Assembly: GCA_964016885.1 (NCBI GenBank)
Contig: OZ024740.1
Location: 28,396,001-28,460,000, forward strand
DNA from: Eledone cirrhosa
Lineage: Eukaryota
Direction of reading: 5' to 3'
Length of the DNA: 64,000 bases
In this document: one piece after another, positions 15,001-30,200 of the stretch
Numbering within the stretch: the stretch's first letter is position 1
How the letters are laid out: every line of letters begins with the position of its first letter
Translations under genes and position numbers: made by a program
Notes under the pieces: generated by a model
Database searches by the model: none
Seen by the model: the letters and a program-made list of their open reading frames with translations, nothing else
What the model was told of the DNA's origin: nothing

Positions 15001-18000
15001 TTTCCTGAGTATAGGCGATTTTCCTGAGTATATGTGATTTTGCTGACTATATGTGATCTTCCTCAGTATATGTGATTTCCCGCAATATATGTGATTTTCC
15101 TGAGTATATGTGATTTCCCTGACTATATGTGATTTTCATGATTATATGTGATCTTCCTGAGTATATGTGATTTTCCCGAGTATATGTGATTTCCCTGAGT
15201 ATATGTGATTTTCCTGAGTATATGTGATTTTCATGACTATATGTGATTTTCCTGAATATATGTGATTTTCATGACTATGTGATTTTCCTGACAATATGTG
15301 ATTTTCCTGAGTATATGTGATTTTCCTGAGTATATGTGATTTTCCTGAGTATATGTGATTTTCTTGAGTATATGTGATTTTCCTGAGTATATGTGATTTC
15401 CCTGAGTATATGTGATTTTCCTGACTATTTGTGATTTTCCTGACTATGTGATTTTCTTGACTATATGTGATTTTCCGGAGTATATGTAATTTTGCTGACT
15501 ATATGTGATTTTCCTGAGTATATAAAATTTCCCTGAGTATATGTGATTTTCCTGAGTATATGTGATTTTCCTGACTATATGTGCTTTTCCTGAGTATATG
15601 TGATTTTCCCGAGTATATGTGATTTTCATGAGTATATGTGATTTTCCTGAGTATATGTGATCTTCCTGAGTAAATGTGATTTTCCTGAGTATATGTGATT
15701 TTCCTGAGTATATGTGATCTTCCTGAGTATATGTGATTTTCCTGACTATATGTGATTTTCCTGAGTATATGTGATTTTCATGACTATATGTGATTTTCCT
15801 GAGTATATGTGATTTTCCTGACTATATGTGATTTTCCTGAAAATATGTGATTTTCCTGAGTATGTGTGATTTCCCTGAGTATATGTCATTTTCATGAGTA
15901 TACATGATTTTCCTGAGTATATGTAATTTCTTTGAGTATATGTGATTTCCCTGACTATATGTGATGTTCCTGAGTATATGTGATCTTCCTGAGTATATGT
16001 GATTTTCCTGAGTATAGGCGATTTTCCTGAGTATATGTGATTTTTCTGACTATATGTGATCTTCCTGAGTATATGTGATTTCCCTGAGTATATGTGATTT
16101 TCCTGAGTATATATGATTTTCCTGAGTATATGTGATTTTCCTGAGTATATGTGATTTCCCTGAATATATGTGATTTTCCAGAGTATATGTGATTTTTCTG
16201 TGTATATATGATTTTCCTGAGTATATGTGATTTTCATGAGTATATGTGATTTCCCTGAGTATATGTGATTGTCCTCAGTATATGTGATTTTCCTGACAAT
16301 ATGTGATTTTCCTGAGTATATGTGATTTTCCTGAGTATATGTGATTTTCCTGAGTATATGTGATTTTCTTGAGTATATGTGATTTTTCTGAGTATATGTG
16401 ATTTCCCTGAGTATATGTGATTTTCCTGACTATTTGTGATTTTCCTGACTATGTGATTTTCTTGACTATATGTGATTTTTCTGAGTATATGTGATTTTCC
16501 TGACTATATGTGATTTTCCTGAGTATATGAAATTTCCCTGAGTATATGTGATTTTCCTGAGTATATGTGATTTTTCTGACTATATGTGATTTTCCTGAGT
16601 ATATGTGATTTCCCTGACTATATGTGATTTCCCTGACGATATGTGATTTTCCTAACTATATGTGACTTTCCTGACTATATGAGATTTTCCTGAGTATATG
16701 TGATTTTCCTGACTATATGTAATTTTCCTGAGTATATGTGATTTACCTGACTAGAAGTGATTTTTCTGAGTATATGTGATTTTCCTGACTATATGTGATT
16801 TTCCTGAATATATGTGATTTTCTTGACAATATGTGATTTTCCTGAGTATATGTGATTTCCCTGAGTATATGTGATTTTCCTGGCTATATGTGATTTTCCT
16901 GAGTATATGTGATTTGCCTGAGTATATATGATTTAACTGAGTATATGTGATTTTCCTGAGTATATGTGATTTCTTTGAGTATATGTGATTTCCCTGACTA
17001 TATGTGATGTTCCTGAGTATATGTGATCTTCCTGAGTATACGTGATTTTCCTGAGTATAGGCGATTTTCCTGAGTATAAGTGATTTTTCTGACTATATGT
17101 GATCTTCCTGAGTATATGTGATTTCCCTGAGTATATGTGATTTTCCTGAGTATATATGATTTTCCTGAGTATATGTGATTTTCCTGAGTATATGTGATTT
17201 TCCTGACTATATGTGATTTTCCTGAGTATATGTGATCTTCCTGAGTATATGTGATTTTCCTGAGTATAGGCGATTTTCCTGAGTATATGTGATTTTGCTG
17301 ACTATATGTGATCTTCCTCAGTATATGTGATTTCCCGCAATATATGTGATTTTCCTGAGTGTATGTGATTTTCCTGAGTATATGTGATCTCCCTGAATAT
17401 ATGTGATTTTCCTGAGTATATGTGATTTTCCTGTGTATATATGATTTTCCTGAGTATATGTGATTTTCCTGAGTATATATTATTTTCCTGAGTATTTGAT
17501 TTTCCTGACTATTTGTGATTTTCCTGACTATATGTGATTTTCCTGAGTATATGTGATCTTCCTGAGTATATGTGATTTTCCTGAGTATATGCGATTTTCC
17601 TGAGTATATGTGATTTTCCTGACTATATGTGATCTTTCTGAGTATATGTGATTTTCCTGAGTATATGTGATTTTGCTGACTATTTGTGATTTTCCTGAGT
17701 ATATGTGATTTTCCTGACTATATGTGATTTTCCTGAGTATATGTGATCTTCCTGAGTATAAGTGATTTTCCTGAGTATAGGCGATTTTCCTGAGTATATG
17801 TGATTTTGCTGACTATATGTGATCTTCCTCAGTATATGTGATTTCCCGCAATATATGTGATTTTCCTGAGTATATGTGATTTCCCTGACTATATGTGATT
17901 TTCATGATTATATGTGATCTTCCTGAGTATATGTGATTTTCCCGAGTATATGTGATTTCCCTGAGTATATGTGATTTTCCTGAGTATATGTGATTTTCAT

Positions 18001-18970
18001 GACTATATGTGATTTTCCTGAATATATGTGATTTTCATGACTATGTGATTTTCCTGACAATATGTGATTTTCCTGAGTATATGTGATTTTCCTGAGTATA
18101 TGTGATTTTCCTGAGTATATGTGATTTTCTTGAGTATATGTGATTTTCCTGAGTATATGTGATTTCCCTGAGTATATGTGATTTTCCTGACTATTTGTGA
18201 TTTTCCTGACTATGTGATTTTCTTGACTATATGTGATTTTCCGGAGTATATGTAATTTTGCTGACTATATGTGATTTTCCTGAGTATATAAAATTTCCCT
18301 GAGTATATGTGATTTTCCTGAGTATATGTGATTTTCCTGACTATATGTGCTTTTCCTGAGTATATGTGATTTTCCCGAGTATATGTGATTTTCATGAGTA
18401 TATGTGATTTTCCTGAGTATATGTGATCTTCCTGAGTAAATGTGATTTTCCTGAGTATATGTGATTTTCCTGAGTATATGTGATCTTCCTGAGTATATGT
18501 GATTTTCCTGACTATATGTGATTTTCCTGAGTATATGTGATTTTCATGACTATATGTGATTTTCCTGAGTATATGTGATTTTCCTGACTATATGTGATTT
18601 TCCTGACAATATGTGATTTTCCTGAGTATGTGTGATTTCCCTGAGTATATGTCATTTTCATGAGTATACGTGATTTTCCTGAGTATATGTAATTTCTTTG
18701 AGTATATGTGATTTCCCTGACTATATGTGATGTTCCTGAGTATATGTGATCTTCCTGAGTATATGTGATTTTCCTGAGTATAGGCGATTTTCCTGAGTAT
18801 ATGTGATTTTTCTGACTATATGTGATCTTCCTGAGTATATGTGATTTCCCTGAGTATATGTGATTTTCCTGAGTATATATGATTTTCCTGAGTATATGTG
18901 ATTTTCCTGAGTATATGTGATTTCCCTGAATATATGTGATTTTCCAGAGTATATGTGATTTTTCTGTGTA
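10400..18970. repeat. 2,766-bp (146-monomer) higher-order repeat, about 3.1 near-identical tandem copies
   Basis: ORF ends at 10705, 13471 and 16237, and identical 61-aa ORFs at 12678, 15444 and 18210, are all spaced by 2766 = 146x19 - 8. Four 17-mers per unit are seen at about 12510, 12678, 13683 and 14728. Confidence 0.93.
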
Positions 18971-20249
18971 TATATAATTTTCCTGAGTATATGTGACTTT
19001 CCTGAGTATATGTGATTTCCCTGAGTATATGTGATTTTCCTCAGTATATGTGATTTTCCTGACAATATTTGATTTTCCTGAGTATATGTGATTTTCCTGA
19101 GTATATGTGATTTTCCTGAGTATATGTGATTTTCTTGAGTATATGTGATTTTCATGAGTATATGTGATTTCCCTGAGTATATGTGATTTTCCTGACTATT
19201 TGTGATTTTCCTGACTATGTGATTTTCTTGACTATATGTGATTTTCCTGAGTATATGTGATTTTCCTGACTATATGTGATTTTCCTGAGTATATAAAATT
19301 TCCCTGAGTATATGTGATTTTCCTGAGTATATGTGATTTTCCTGACTATATGTGATTTTCCTGAGTATATGTGATTTCCCTGACTATATGTGATTTTCCT
19401 GAGTATATGTAATTTCCCTGAGTATATGTGATTTTCCTGAGTATATGTGATCTCCTGACTATATGTGATTTTCCTGAGTATATGTGATTTCCCTGACTAT
19501 ATGTGATTTCCCTGAGTATATGTGATTTTCCTGAGTATATGTGATTTTCCGGAGTATATGTGATTTCCCTGACTATATGTGATTTTCATGATTATATGTG
19601 ATCTTCCTGAGTATATGTGATTTTCCTGAGTATATGTGATTTCCCTGAGTATATGTGATTTTCCTGAGTATATGTGATTTTCATACTATATGTGATTTTC
19701 CTGAGTATATGTGATTTTCATGACTATGTGATTTTCCTGACAATATGTGATTTTCATGAGTATATGTGATTTTCCTGAGTATATGTGATTTTCTTGAGTA
19801 TATGTGATTTTCCTGCGTATATGTGATTTCCCTGAGTATATATGATTTTCCTGACTATTTGTGATTTTCCTGACTATGTGATTTTCTTGACTATATGTGA
19901 TTTTCCTGAGTATATGTGATTTTGCTGACTATATGTGATTTTCCTGAGTATATAAAATTTCCCTGAGTATATGTGATTTTCCTGAGTATATGTGATTTTC
20001 CTGACTATATGTGCTTTTCCTGACTATATGTGATTTCCCTGACTATATGTGATTTCCCGGAGTATATGTGATCTTCCTGAGTATATGTAATTTTCCTGAG
20101 TATATGTGATTTTCCTGAGTATATGTGATCTTCCTGAGTATATGTGATTTTCCTGAGTATATGTGATTTCCCTGAGTATAAGTGATTTTCCTGAGTATAT
20201 GTGATTTTCATGAGTATATGTGATATTCCTGAGTATATGTGATTTTCCT

Positions 20250-23200
20250 GACTATATGTGATTTTCCTGAGTATATGTGATCTTCCTGAGTATATGTGAT
20301 TTTCCTGAGTATATGCGATTTTCCTGAGTATATCTGATTTTCCTGAGAATATGTGATTTATTTGAGTATATGTGATTTCCCTGACTATATGTGATTTTCC
20401 TGAGTATATGTGATTTCCCTGAGTATATGTGACATTCCTGAGTATATGTTATTTTCCTGAGTATTTGATTTTCCTGACTATTTGTGATTTTCCTGACTAT
20501 ATGTGATTTTCATGAGTATATGTGATCTTCCTGAGTATATGTGATTTTCCTGAGTATATGCGATTTTCCTGAGTATATGTGATTTTTCTGAGTATATGTG
20601 ATTTTGCTGACTATATGTGATCTTCCTCAGTATATGTGATTTCCCGCAATATACGTGATTTTCCTGAGTATTTGATTTTCCTGACTATTTGTGATTTTCC
20701 TGACTATATGTGATTTTCATGAGTATATGTGATTTCCCTGAGTATATGTGATTTTGCTGACTATTTGTGATTTTCCTGAGTATATGTGATTTTCCTGACT
20801 ATATGTGATTTTCCTGAGTATAGGCGATTTTCCTGAGTATATGTGATTTTGCTGACTATATGTGATCTTCCTCAGTATATGTGATTTCCCGCAATATATG
20901 TGATTTTCCTGAGTGTATGTGATTTTCCTGAGTATATGTGATCTCCCTGAATATATGTGATTTTCCTGAGTATATGTGATTTTCCTGTGTATATATGATT
21001 TTCCTGAGTATATGTGATGTTCCTGAGTATATGTGATCTTCCTGAGCATATGTGATTTTCCTGAGTATGGGCGATTTTCCTGAGTATATGTTATTTTTCT
21101 GAGTATATGTGATTTTCCTGAGTATATGTTATTTTCCTGAGTATATGTGATTTTTCTGTGTATATATGATTTTCATGAGTATATGTGATTTTCATGAGTA
21201 TATGTGATTTCCCTGAGCATATGTGATTTTCCTCAGTATATGTGATTTTCCTGACAATATGTGATTTTCCTGAGTATATGTGATTTTCCTGAGTATATGT
21301 GATTTTCCTGAGTATATGTGATTTTCTTGAGTATATGTGATTTTTCTGAGTATATGTGATTTCCCTGAGTATATGTGATTTTCCTGAGTATTTGTGATTT
21401 TCCTGAGTATATGTGATTTTCTTGACTATATGTGATTTTCCTGAGTATATGAAATTTCCCTGAGTATATGTGATTTTCCTGAGTATATGTGATTTTCCTG
21501 ACTATATGTGATTTTCCTGAGTATATGTGATTTCCCTGAGTATATGTGATTTTCCTGAGTATATGTTATTATCCTGAGTATTTGATTTTCCTGACTATTT
21601 GTGATTTTCCTGACTATATGTGATTTTCCTGAGTATATGTGATCTTCCTGAGTATATGTGATTTTCCTGAGTATATGCGATTTTCCTGAGTATATGTGAT
21701 TTTCCTGACTATATGTGATTTTCCTGAGTATATGTGATTTTCCTGAGTATATGTGATTTTGCTGACTATATGTGATTTTCCTGAGTATATGTGATTTCCC
21801 TGAGTATATGTGATTTTCCTGAGTATATGTGATTTTCCTGACTATATGTGATTTTCCTGAGTATATGTGATTTTCCTGACTATATGTGATTTTCCTGAGT
21901 ATATGTGATCTTCCTGAGTATATGTGATCTTCCTGAGCATATGTGATTTTCCTGAGTATGGGCGATTTTCCTGAGTATATGTGATTTTTCTGAGTATATG
22001 TGATTTTCCTGAGTATATGTGATTTCCCTGAATATATGTGATTTTCCTGAGTATATGTGATTTTTCTGTGTATATATGATTTTCATGAGTATATGTGATT
22101 TTCATGAGTATATGTGATTTCCCTGAGCATATGTGATTTTCGTCAGTATATGTGATTTTCCTGACAATATGTGATTTTCCTGAGTATATGTGATCTTCCT
22201 GAGTATATGTGATTTTCCTGACTATATGTGATTTTCCTGAGTATATGTGATTTTCCTGAGTATATGTGATCTTCCTGAGTATATGTGATTTTCCTGAGTA
22301 TATGCGATTTTCCTGAGTATATGTGATTTTCCTGAGAATATGTGATTTATTTGAGTATATGTGATTTCCCTGACTATATGTGATTTTCCTGAGTATATGT
22401 GATTTCCCTGAGTATATGTGACATTCCTGAGTATATGTTATTTTCCTGAGTATTTGATTTTCCTGACTATTTGTGATTTTCCTGACTATATGTGATTTTC
22501 ATGAGTATATGTGATCTTCCTGAGTATATGTGATTTTCCTGAGTATATGCGATTTTCCTGAGTATATGTGATTTTTCTGAGTATATGTGATTTTGCTGAC
22601 TATATGTGATCTTCCTCAGTATATGTGATTTCCCGCAATATACGTGATTTTCCTGAGTATTTGATTTTCCTGACTATTTGTGATTTTCCTGACTATATGT
22701 GATTTTCATGAGTATATGTGATTTCCCTGAGTATATGTGATTTTGCTGACTATTTGTGATTCTCCTGAGTATATGTGATTTTCCTGACTATATGTGATTT
22801 TCCTGAGTATATGTGATCTTCCTGAGTATATGTGATTTTCCTGAGTATAGGCGATTTTCCTGAGTATATGTGATTTTGCTGACTATATGTGATCTTCCTC
22901 AGTATATGTGATTTCCCGCAATATATGTGATTTTCCTGAGTGTATGTGATTTTCCTGAGTATATGTGATCTCCCTGAATATATGTGATTTTCCTGAGTAT
23001 ATGTGATTTTCCTGTGTATATATGATTTTCCTGAGTATATGTGATGTTCCTGAGTATATGTGATCTTCCTGAGCATATGTGATTTTCCTGAGTATGGGCG
23101 ATTTTCCTGAGTATATGTTATTTTTCTGAGTATATGTGATTTTCCTGAGTATATGTTATTTTCCTGAGTATATGTGATTTTTCTGTGTATATATGATTTT

Positions 23201-24270
23201 CATGAGTATATGTGATTTTCATGAGTATATGTGATTTCCCTGAGCATATGTGATTTTCCTCAGTATATGTGATTTTCCTGACAATATGTGATTTTCCTGA
23301 GTATATGTGATTTTCCTGAGTATATGTGATTTTCCTGAGTATATGTGATTTTCTTGAGTATATGTGATTTTTCTGAGTATATGTGATTTCCCTGAGTATA
23401 TGTGATTTTCCTGAGTATTTGTGATTTTCCTGAGTATATGTGATTTTCTTGACTATATGTGATTTTCCTGAGTATATGAAATTTCCCTGAGTATATGTGA
23501 TTTTCCTGAGTATATGTGATTTTCCTGACTATATGTGATTTTCCTGAGTATATGTGATTTCCCTGAGTATATGTGATTTTCCTGAGTATATGTTATTATC
23601 CTGAGTATTTGATTTTCCTGACTATTTGTGATTTTCCTAACTATATGTGATTTTCCTGAGTATATGTGATCTTCCTGAGTATATGTGATTTTCCTGAGTA
23701 TATGCGATTTTCCTGAGTATATGTGATTTTCCTGACTATATGTGATTTTCCTGAGTATATTTGATTTTCCTGAGTATATGTGATTTTGCTGACTATATGT
23801 GATTTTCCTGAGTATATGTGATTTCCCTGAGTATATGTGATTTTCCTGAGTATATGTGATTTTCCTGACTATATGTGATTTTCCTGAGTATATGTGATTT
23901 TCCTGACTATATGTGATTTTCCTGAGTATATGTGATCTTCCTGAGTATATGTGATCTTCCTGAGCATATGTGATTTTCCTGAGTATGGGCGATTTTCCTG
24001 AGTATATGTGATTTTTCTGAGTATATGTGATTTTCCTGAGTATATGTGATTTCCCTGAATATATGTGATTTTCCTGAGTATATGTGATTTTTCTGTGTAT
24101 ATATGATTTTCATGAGTATATGTGATTTTCATGAGTATATGTGATTTCCCTGAGCATATGTGATTTTCCTCAGTATATGTGATTTTCCTGACAATATGTG
24201 ATTTTCCTGAGTATATGTGATCTTCCTGAGTATATGTGATTTTCCTGACTATATGTGATTTTCCTGAGTA
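20250..24270. repeat. 2,027-bp (107-monomer) higher-order repeat, 2 copies (first copy lacks two monomers near 20810)
   Basis: ORFs 21842/23869 and ORF ends 21049/23076 are offset by 2027 = 107x19 - 6 (three GAGTATTTGA 17-mers). Shared rare monomers include GAGAATAT, GTGACATTCC, GCAATATACG and GTTATTATCC. Confidence 0.88.
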
Positions 24271-27200
24271 TATGTGATTTTCATGACTATATGTGATTTT
24301 CCTGAGTATATGTGATTTTCCTGACTATATGTGATTTTCCTGACAATATGTGATTTTCATGAGTATGTGTGATTTCCCTGAGTATATGTCATTTTCATGA
24401 GTATACGTGATTTTCCTGAGTATATGTAATTTCTTTGAGTATATGTGATTTCCCTGACTATATGTGATGTTCCTGAGTATATGTGATCTTCCTGAGTATA
24501 TGTGATTTTCCTGAGTATAGGCGATTTTCCTGACTATATGTGATTTTCCTGACAATATGTGATTTTCCTGAGTATGTGTGATTTCCCTGAGTATATGTGA
24601 TTTTCATGAGTATATGTGATATTCCTGAGTATATGTGATTTTCCTGACTATATGTGATTTTCCTGAGTATATGTGATCTTCCTGAGTATATGTGATTTTC
24701 CTGAGTATATGCGATTTGCCTGAGTATATGTAATTTTCCTGAGTATATGTGATTTATTTGAGTATATGTGATTTCCCTGACTATATGTGATTTTCCTGAG
24801 TATATGTGTTTTCCCTGAGTATATGTGATTTTCCTGAGTATATGTTATTTTCCTGAGTATTTGATTTTCCTGACTATTTGTGATTGTCCTGACTATATGT
24901 GATTTTCCTGAGTATATGTGATCTTCCTGAGTATATGTGATTTTCCTGAGTATATGCGAATTTCCTGAGTATATGTGATTTTCCTGACTATATGTGATCT
25001 TTCTGAGTATATGTGATTTCCCTGAGTATATGTGATTTTACTGACTATTTGTGATTTTCCTGAGTATATGTGATTTTCCTGACTATATGTGATTTTCCTG
25101 AATATATGTGATCTTCCTGAGTATAAGTGATTTTCCTGAGTATAGGCGATTTTCCTGAGTATATGTGATTTTGCTGACTATATTTGATCTTCCTCTGTAT
25201 ATGTGATTTCCCGCAATATATGTGATTTTCCTGAGTATATGTGATTTCCCTGAGTATATGTGATTTTCCTGAGTATATGTGATTTTGCTGAGTATATGTG
25301 ATTTCCCTGACTATATGAGATTTTCCTGAGTATATGTGATTTTCCTGACTATATGTAATTTTCCTGAGTATATGTGATTTACCTGACTAGAAGTGATTTT
25401 TCTGAGTATATGTGATTTCCCTGACTATATGTGATTTTCCTAACTATATGAGATTTTCCTGAGTATATGTGATTTTCCTGAGTATATGTGATTTCCCTGA
25501 ATATATGTGATTTTCCAGAGTATATGTGATTTTTCTGTGTATATATGATTTTCCTGAGTATATGTGATCTTCCTGAGTATATGTGATTTTCCTGAGTATA
25601 TGTGATTTTCCTGAGTATATGTGATCTTCCTGAGTATATGTGATTTTCCTGAGTATATGTGATTTCCCTGAGTATAAGTGATTTTCCTGAGTATATGTGA
25701 TTTTCCTGACTATATGTGATTTTCCTGACAATATGTGATTTTCCTGAGTATGTGTGATTTCCCTGAGTATATGTGATATTCATGAGTATATGTGATATTC
25801 CTGAGTATATGTGATCTTCCTGAGTATATGTGATTTTCCTGAGTATATGCGATTTTCATGAGTATATTTGATTTTCCTGAGTATATGAAATGTCCCTGAG
25901 TATATGTGATTTTCCTGAGTATATGTGATTTTCCTGACTATATGTGATTTTCCTGAGTATATGTGATTTCCCTGACTATATGTGATTTCCCGGAGTATAT
26001 GTGATTTTCCTGACTATATGTGATTTTCCTGAGTATATGTGATTTTCCTGACTATATGTGATTTTGCTGACAATATGTGATTTTCCTGAGTATGTGTGAT
26101 TTCCCTGAGTATATGTGATTTTCATGAGTATATGTGATATTCCTGAGTATATGTGATTTTCCTGACTATATGTGATTTTCCTGAGTATATGTGATCTTCC
26201 TGAGTATATGTGATTTTCCTGAGTATATGCGATTTTCCTGAGTATATGTGATTTTCCTGAGTATATGTGATTTATTTAAGTATATGTGATTTCCCTGACT
26301 ATATGTGATTTTCCTGAGTATATGTGATTTCCCTGAGTATATGTGATTTTCCTGAGTATATGTTATTATCCTGAGTATTTGATTTTCCTGACTATTTGTG
26401 ATTTTCCTGACTATATGTGATTTTCCTGAGTATATGTGATCTTCCTGAGTATATGTGATTTTCCTGAGTATATTCGATTTTCCTGAGTATATGTGATTTT
26501 CCTGACTATATGTGATTTTCCTGAGTATATGTGATTTTCCTGAGTATATGTGATTTTGCTGACTATATGTGATTTTCCTGAGTATATGTGATTTCCCTGA
26601 GTATATGTGATTTTCCTGAGTATATGTGATTTTCCTGACTATATGTGATTTTCCTGAGTATATGTGATTTTCCTGACTATATGTGATTTACCTGAGTATA
26701 TGTGATTTTCCTGACTATATGTGATTTTCCTGACAATATGTGATTTTCCTGAGTATGTGTGATTTCCCTGAGTATATGTGATTTTCATGAGTATATGTGA
26801 TATTCCTGAGTATATGTGATTTTCCTGACTATATGTGATTTTCCTGAGTATATGTGATCTTCCTGAGTATATGTGATTTTCCTGAGTATATGCGATTTTC
26901 CTGAGTATATGTAATTTTCCTGAGTATATGTGATTTATTTGAGTATATGTGATTTCCCTGAGTATATGTGATTTTCCTGACTATATGTGATCTTTCTGAG
27001 TATATGTGATTTCCCTGAGTATATGTGATTTTGCTGACTATTTGTGATTTTCCTGAGTATATGTGATTTTCCTGACTATATGTGATTTCCCTGAGTATAT
27101 GTGATTTTCCTGAGTATATGTGATTTTCCTGACTATATGTGATTTTCCTGAGTATATGTGATTTTCCTGACTATATGTGATTTTCCTGAGTATATGTGAT

Positions 27201-30200
27201 CTTCCTGAGTATATGTGATCTTCCTGAGCATATGTGATTTTCCTGAGTATGGGCGATTTTCCTGAGTATATGTGATTTTTCTGAGTATATGTGATTTTCC
27301 TGAGTATATGTGATTTCCCTGAATATATGTGATTTTCCTGAGTATATGTGATTTTTCTGTGTATATATGATTTTCATGAGTATATGTGATTTTCATGAGT
27401 ATATGTGATTTCCCTGAGCATATGTGATTTTCGTCAGTATATGTGATTTTCCTGACAATATGTGATTTTCCTGAGTATATGTGATCTTCCTGAGTATATG
27501 TGATTTTCCTGACTATATGTGATTTTCCTGAGTATATGTGATTTTCCTGAGTATATGTGATCTTCCTGAGTATATGTGATTTTCCTGAGTATATGCGATT
27601 TTCCTGAGTATATGTGATTTTCCTGAGAATATGTGATTTATTTGAGTATATGTGATTTCCCTGACTATATGTGATTTTCCTGAGTATATGTGATTTCCCT
27701 GAGTATATGTGACATTCCTGAGTATATGTTATTTTCCTGAGTATTTGATTTTCCTGACTATTTGTGATTTTCCTGACTATATGTGATTTTCATGAGTATA
27801 TGTGATCTTCCTGAGTATATGTGATTTTCCTGAGTATATGCGATTTTCCTGAGTATATGTGATTTTTCTGAGTATATGTGATTTTGCTGACTATATGTGA
27901 TCTTCCTCAGTATATGTGATTTCCCGCAATATACGTGATTTTCCTGAGTATTTGATTTTCCTGACTATTTGTGATTTTCCTGACTATATGTGATTTTCAT
28001 GAGTATATGTGATTTCCCTGAGTATATGTGATTTTGCTGACTATTTGTGATTCTCCTGAGTATATGTGATTTTCCTGACTATATGTGATTTTCCTGAGTA
28101 TATGTGATCTTCCTGAGTATATGTGATTTTCCTGAGTATAGGCGATTTTCCTGAGTATATGTGATTTTGCTGACTATATGTGATCTTCCTCAGTATATGT
28201 GATTTCCCGCAATATATGTGATTTTCCTGAGTGTATGTGATTTTCCTGAGTATATGTGATCTCCCTGAATATATGTGATTTTCCTGAGTATATGTGATTT
28301 TCCTGTGTATATATGATTTTCCTGAGTATATGTGATGTTCCTGAGTATATGTGATCTTCCTGAGCATATGTGATTTTCCTGAGTATGGGCGATTTTCCTG
28401 AGTATATGTTATTTTTCTGAGTATATGTGATTTTCCTGAGTATATGTTATTTTCCTGAGTATATGTGATTTTTCTGTGTATATATGATTTTCATGAGTAT
28501 ATGTGATTTTCATGAGTATATGTGATTTCCCTGAGCATATGTGATTTTCCTCAGTATATGTGATTTTCCTGACAATATGTGATTTTCCTGAGTATATGTG
28601 ATTTTCCTGAGTATATGTGATTTTCCTGAGTATATGTGATTTTCTTGAGTATATGTGATTTTTCTGAGTATATGTGATTTCCCTGAGTATATGTGATTTT
28701 CCTGAGTATTTGTGATTTTCCTGAGTATATGTGATTTTCTTGACTATATGTGATTTTCCTGAGTATATTAAATTTCCCTGAGTATATGTGATTTTCCTGA
28801 GTATATGTGATTTTCCTGACTATATGTGATTTTCCTGAGTATATGTGATTTCTCTGAGTATATGTGATTTTCCTGAGTATATGTTATTATCCTGAGTATT
28901 TGATTTTCCAGACTATTTGTGATTTTCCTAACTATATGTGATTTTCCTGAGTATATGTGATCTTCCTGAGTATATGTGATTTTCCTGAGTATATGCGATT
29001 TTCCTGAGTATATGTGATTTTCCTGACTATATGTGATTTTCCTGAGTATATTTGATTTTCCTGAGTATATGTGATTTTGCTGACTATATGTGATTTTCCT
29101 GAGTATATGTGATTTCCCTGAGTATATGTGATTTTCCTGAGTATATGTGATTTTCCTGACTATATGTGATTTTCCTGAGTATATGTGATTTTCCTGACTA
29201 TATGTGATTTTCCTGAGTATATGTGATCTTCCTGAGTATATGTGATCTTCCTGAGCATATGTGATTTTCCTGAGTATGGGCGATTTTCCTGAGTATATGT
29301 GATTTTTCTGAGTATATGTGATTTTCCTGAGTATATGTGATTTCCCTGAATATATGTGATTTTCCTGAGTATATGTGATTTTTCTGTGTATATATGATTT
29401 TCATGAGTATATGTGATTTTCATGAGTATATGTGATTTCCCTGAGCATATGTGATTTTCCTCAGTATATGTGATTTTCCTGACAATATGTGATTTTCCTG
29501 AGTATATGTGATCTTCCTGAGTATATGTGATTTTCCTGACTATATGTGATTTTCCTGAGTATATGTGATTTTCATGACTATATGTGATTTTCCTGAGTAT
29601 ATGTGATTTTCCTGACTATATGTGATTTTCCTGACAATATGTGATTTTCATGAGTATGTGTGATTTCCCTGAGTATATGTCATTTTCATGAGTATACGTG
29701 ATTTTCCTGAGTATATGTAATTTCTTTGAGTATATGTGATTTCCCTGACTATATGTGATGTTCCTGAGTATATGTGATCTTCCTGAGTATATGTGATTTT
29801 CCTGAGTATAGGCGATTTTCCTGACTATATGTGATTTTCCTGACAATATGTGATTTTCCTGAGTATGTGTGATTTCCCTGAGTATATGTGATTTTCATGA
29901 GTATATGTGATATTCCTGAGTATATGTGATTTTCCTGACTATATGTGATTTTCCTGAGTATATGTGATCTTCCTGAGTATATGTGATTTTCCTGAGTATA
30001 TGCGATTTGCCTGAGTATATGTAATTTTCCTGAGTATATGTGATTTATTTGAGTATATGTGATTTCCCTGACTATATGTGATTTTCCTGAGTATATGTGT
30101 TTTCCCTGAGTATATGTGATTTTCCTGAGTATATGTTATTTTCCTGAGTATTTGATTTTCCTGACTATTTGTGATTGTCCTGACTATATGTGATTTTCCT

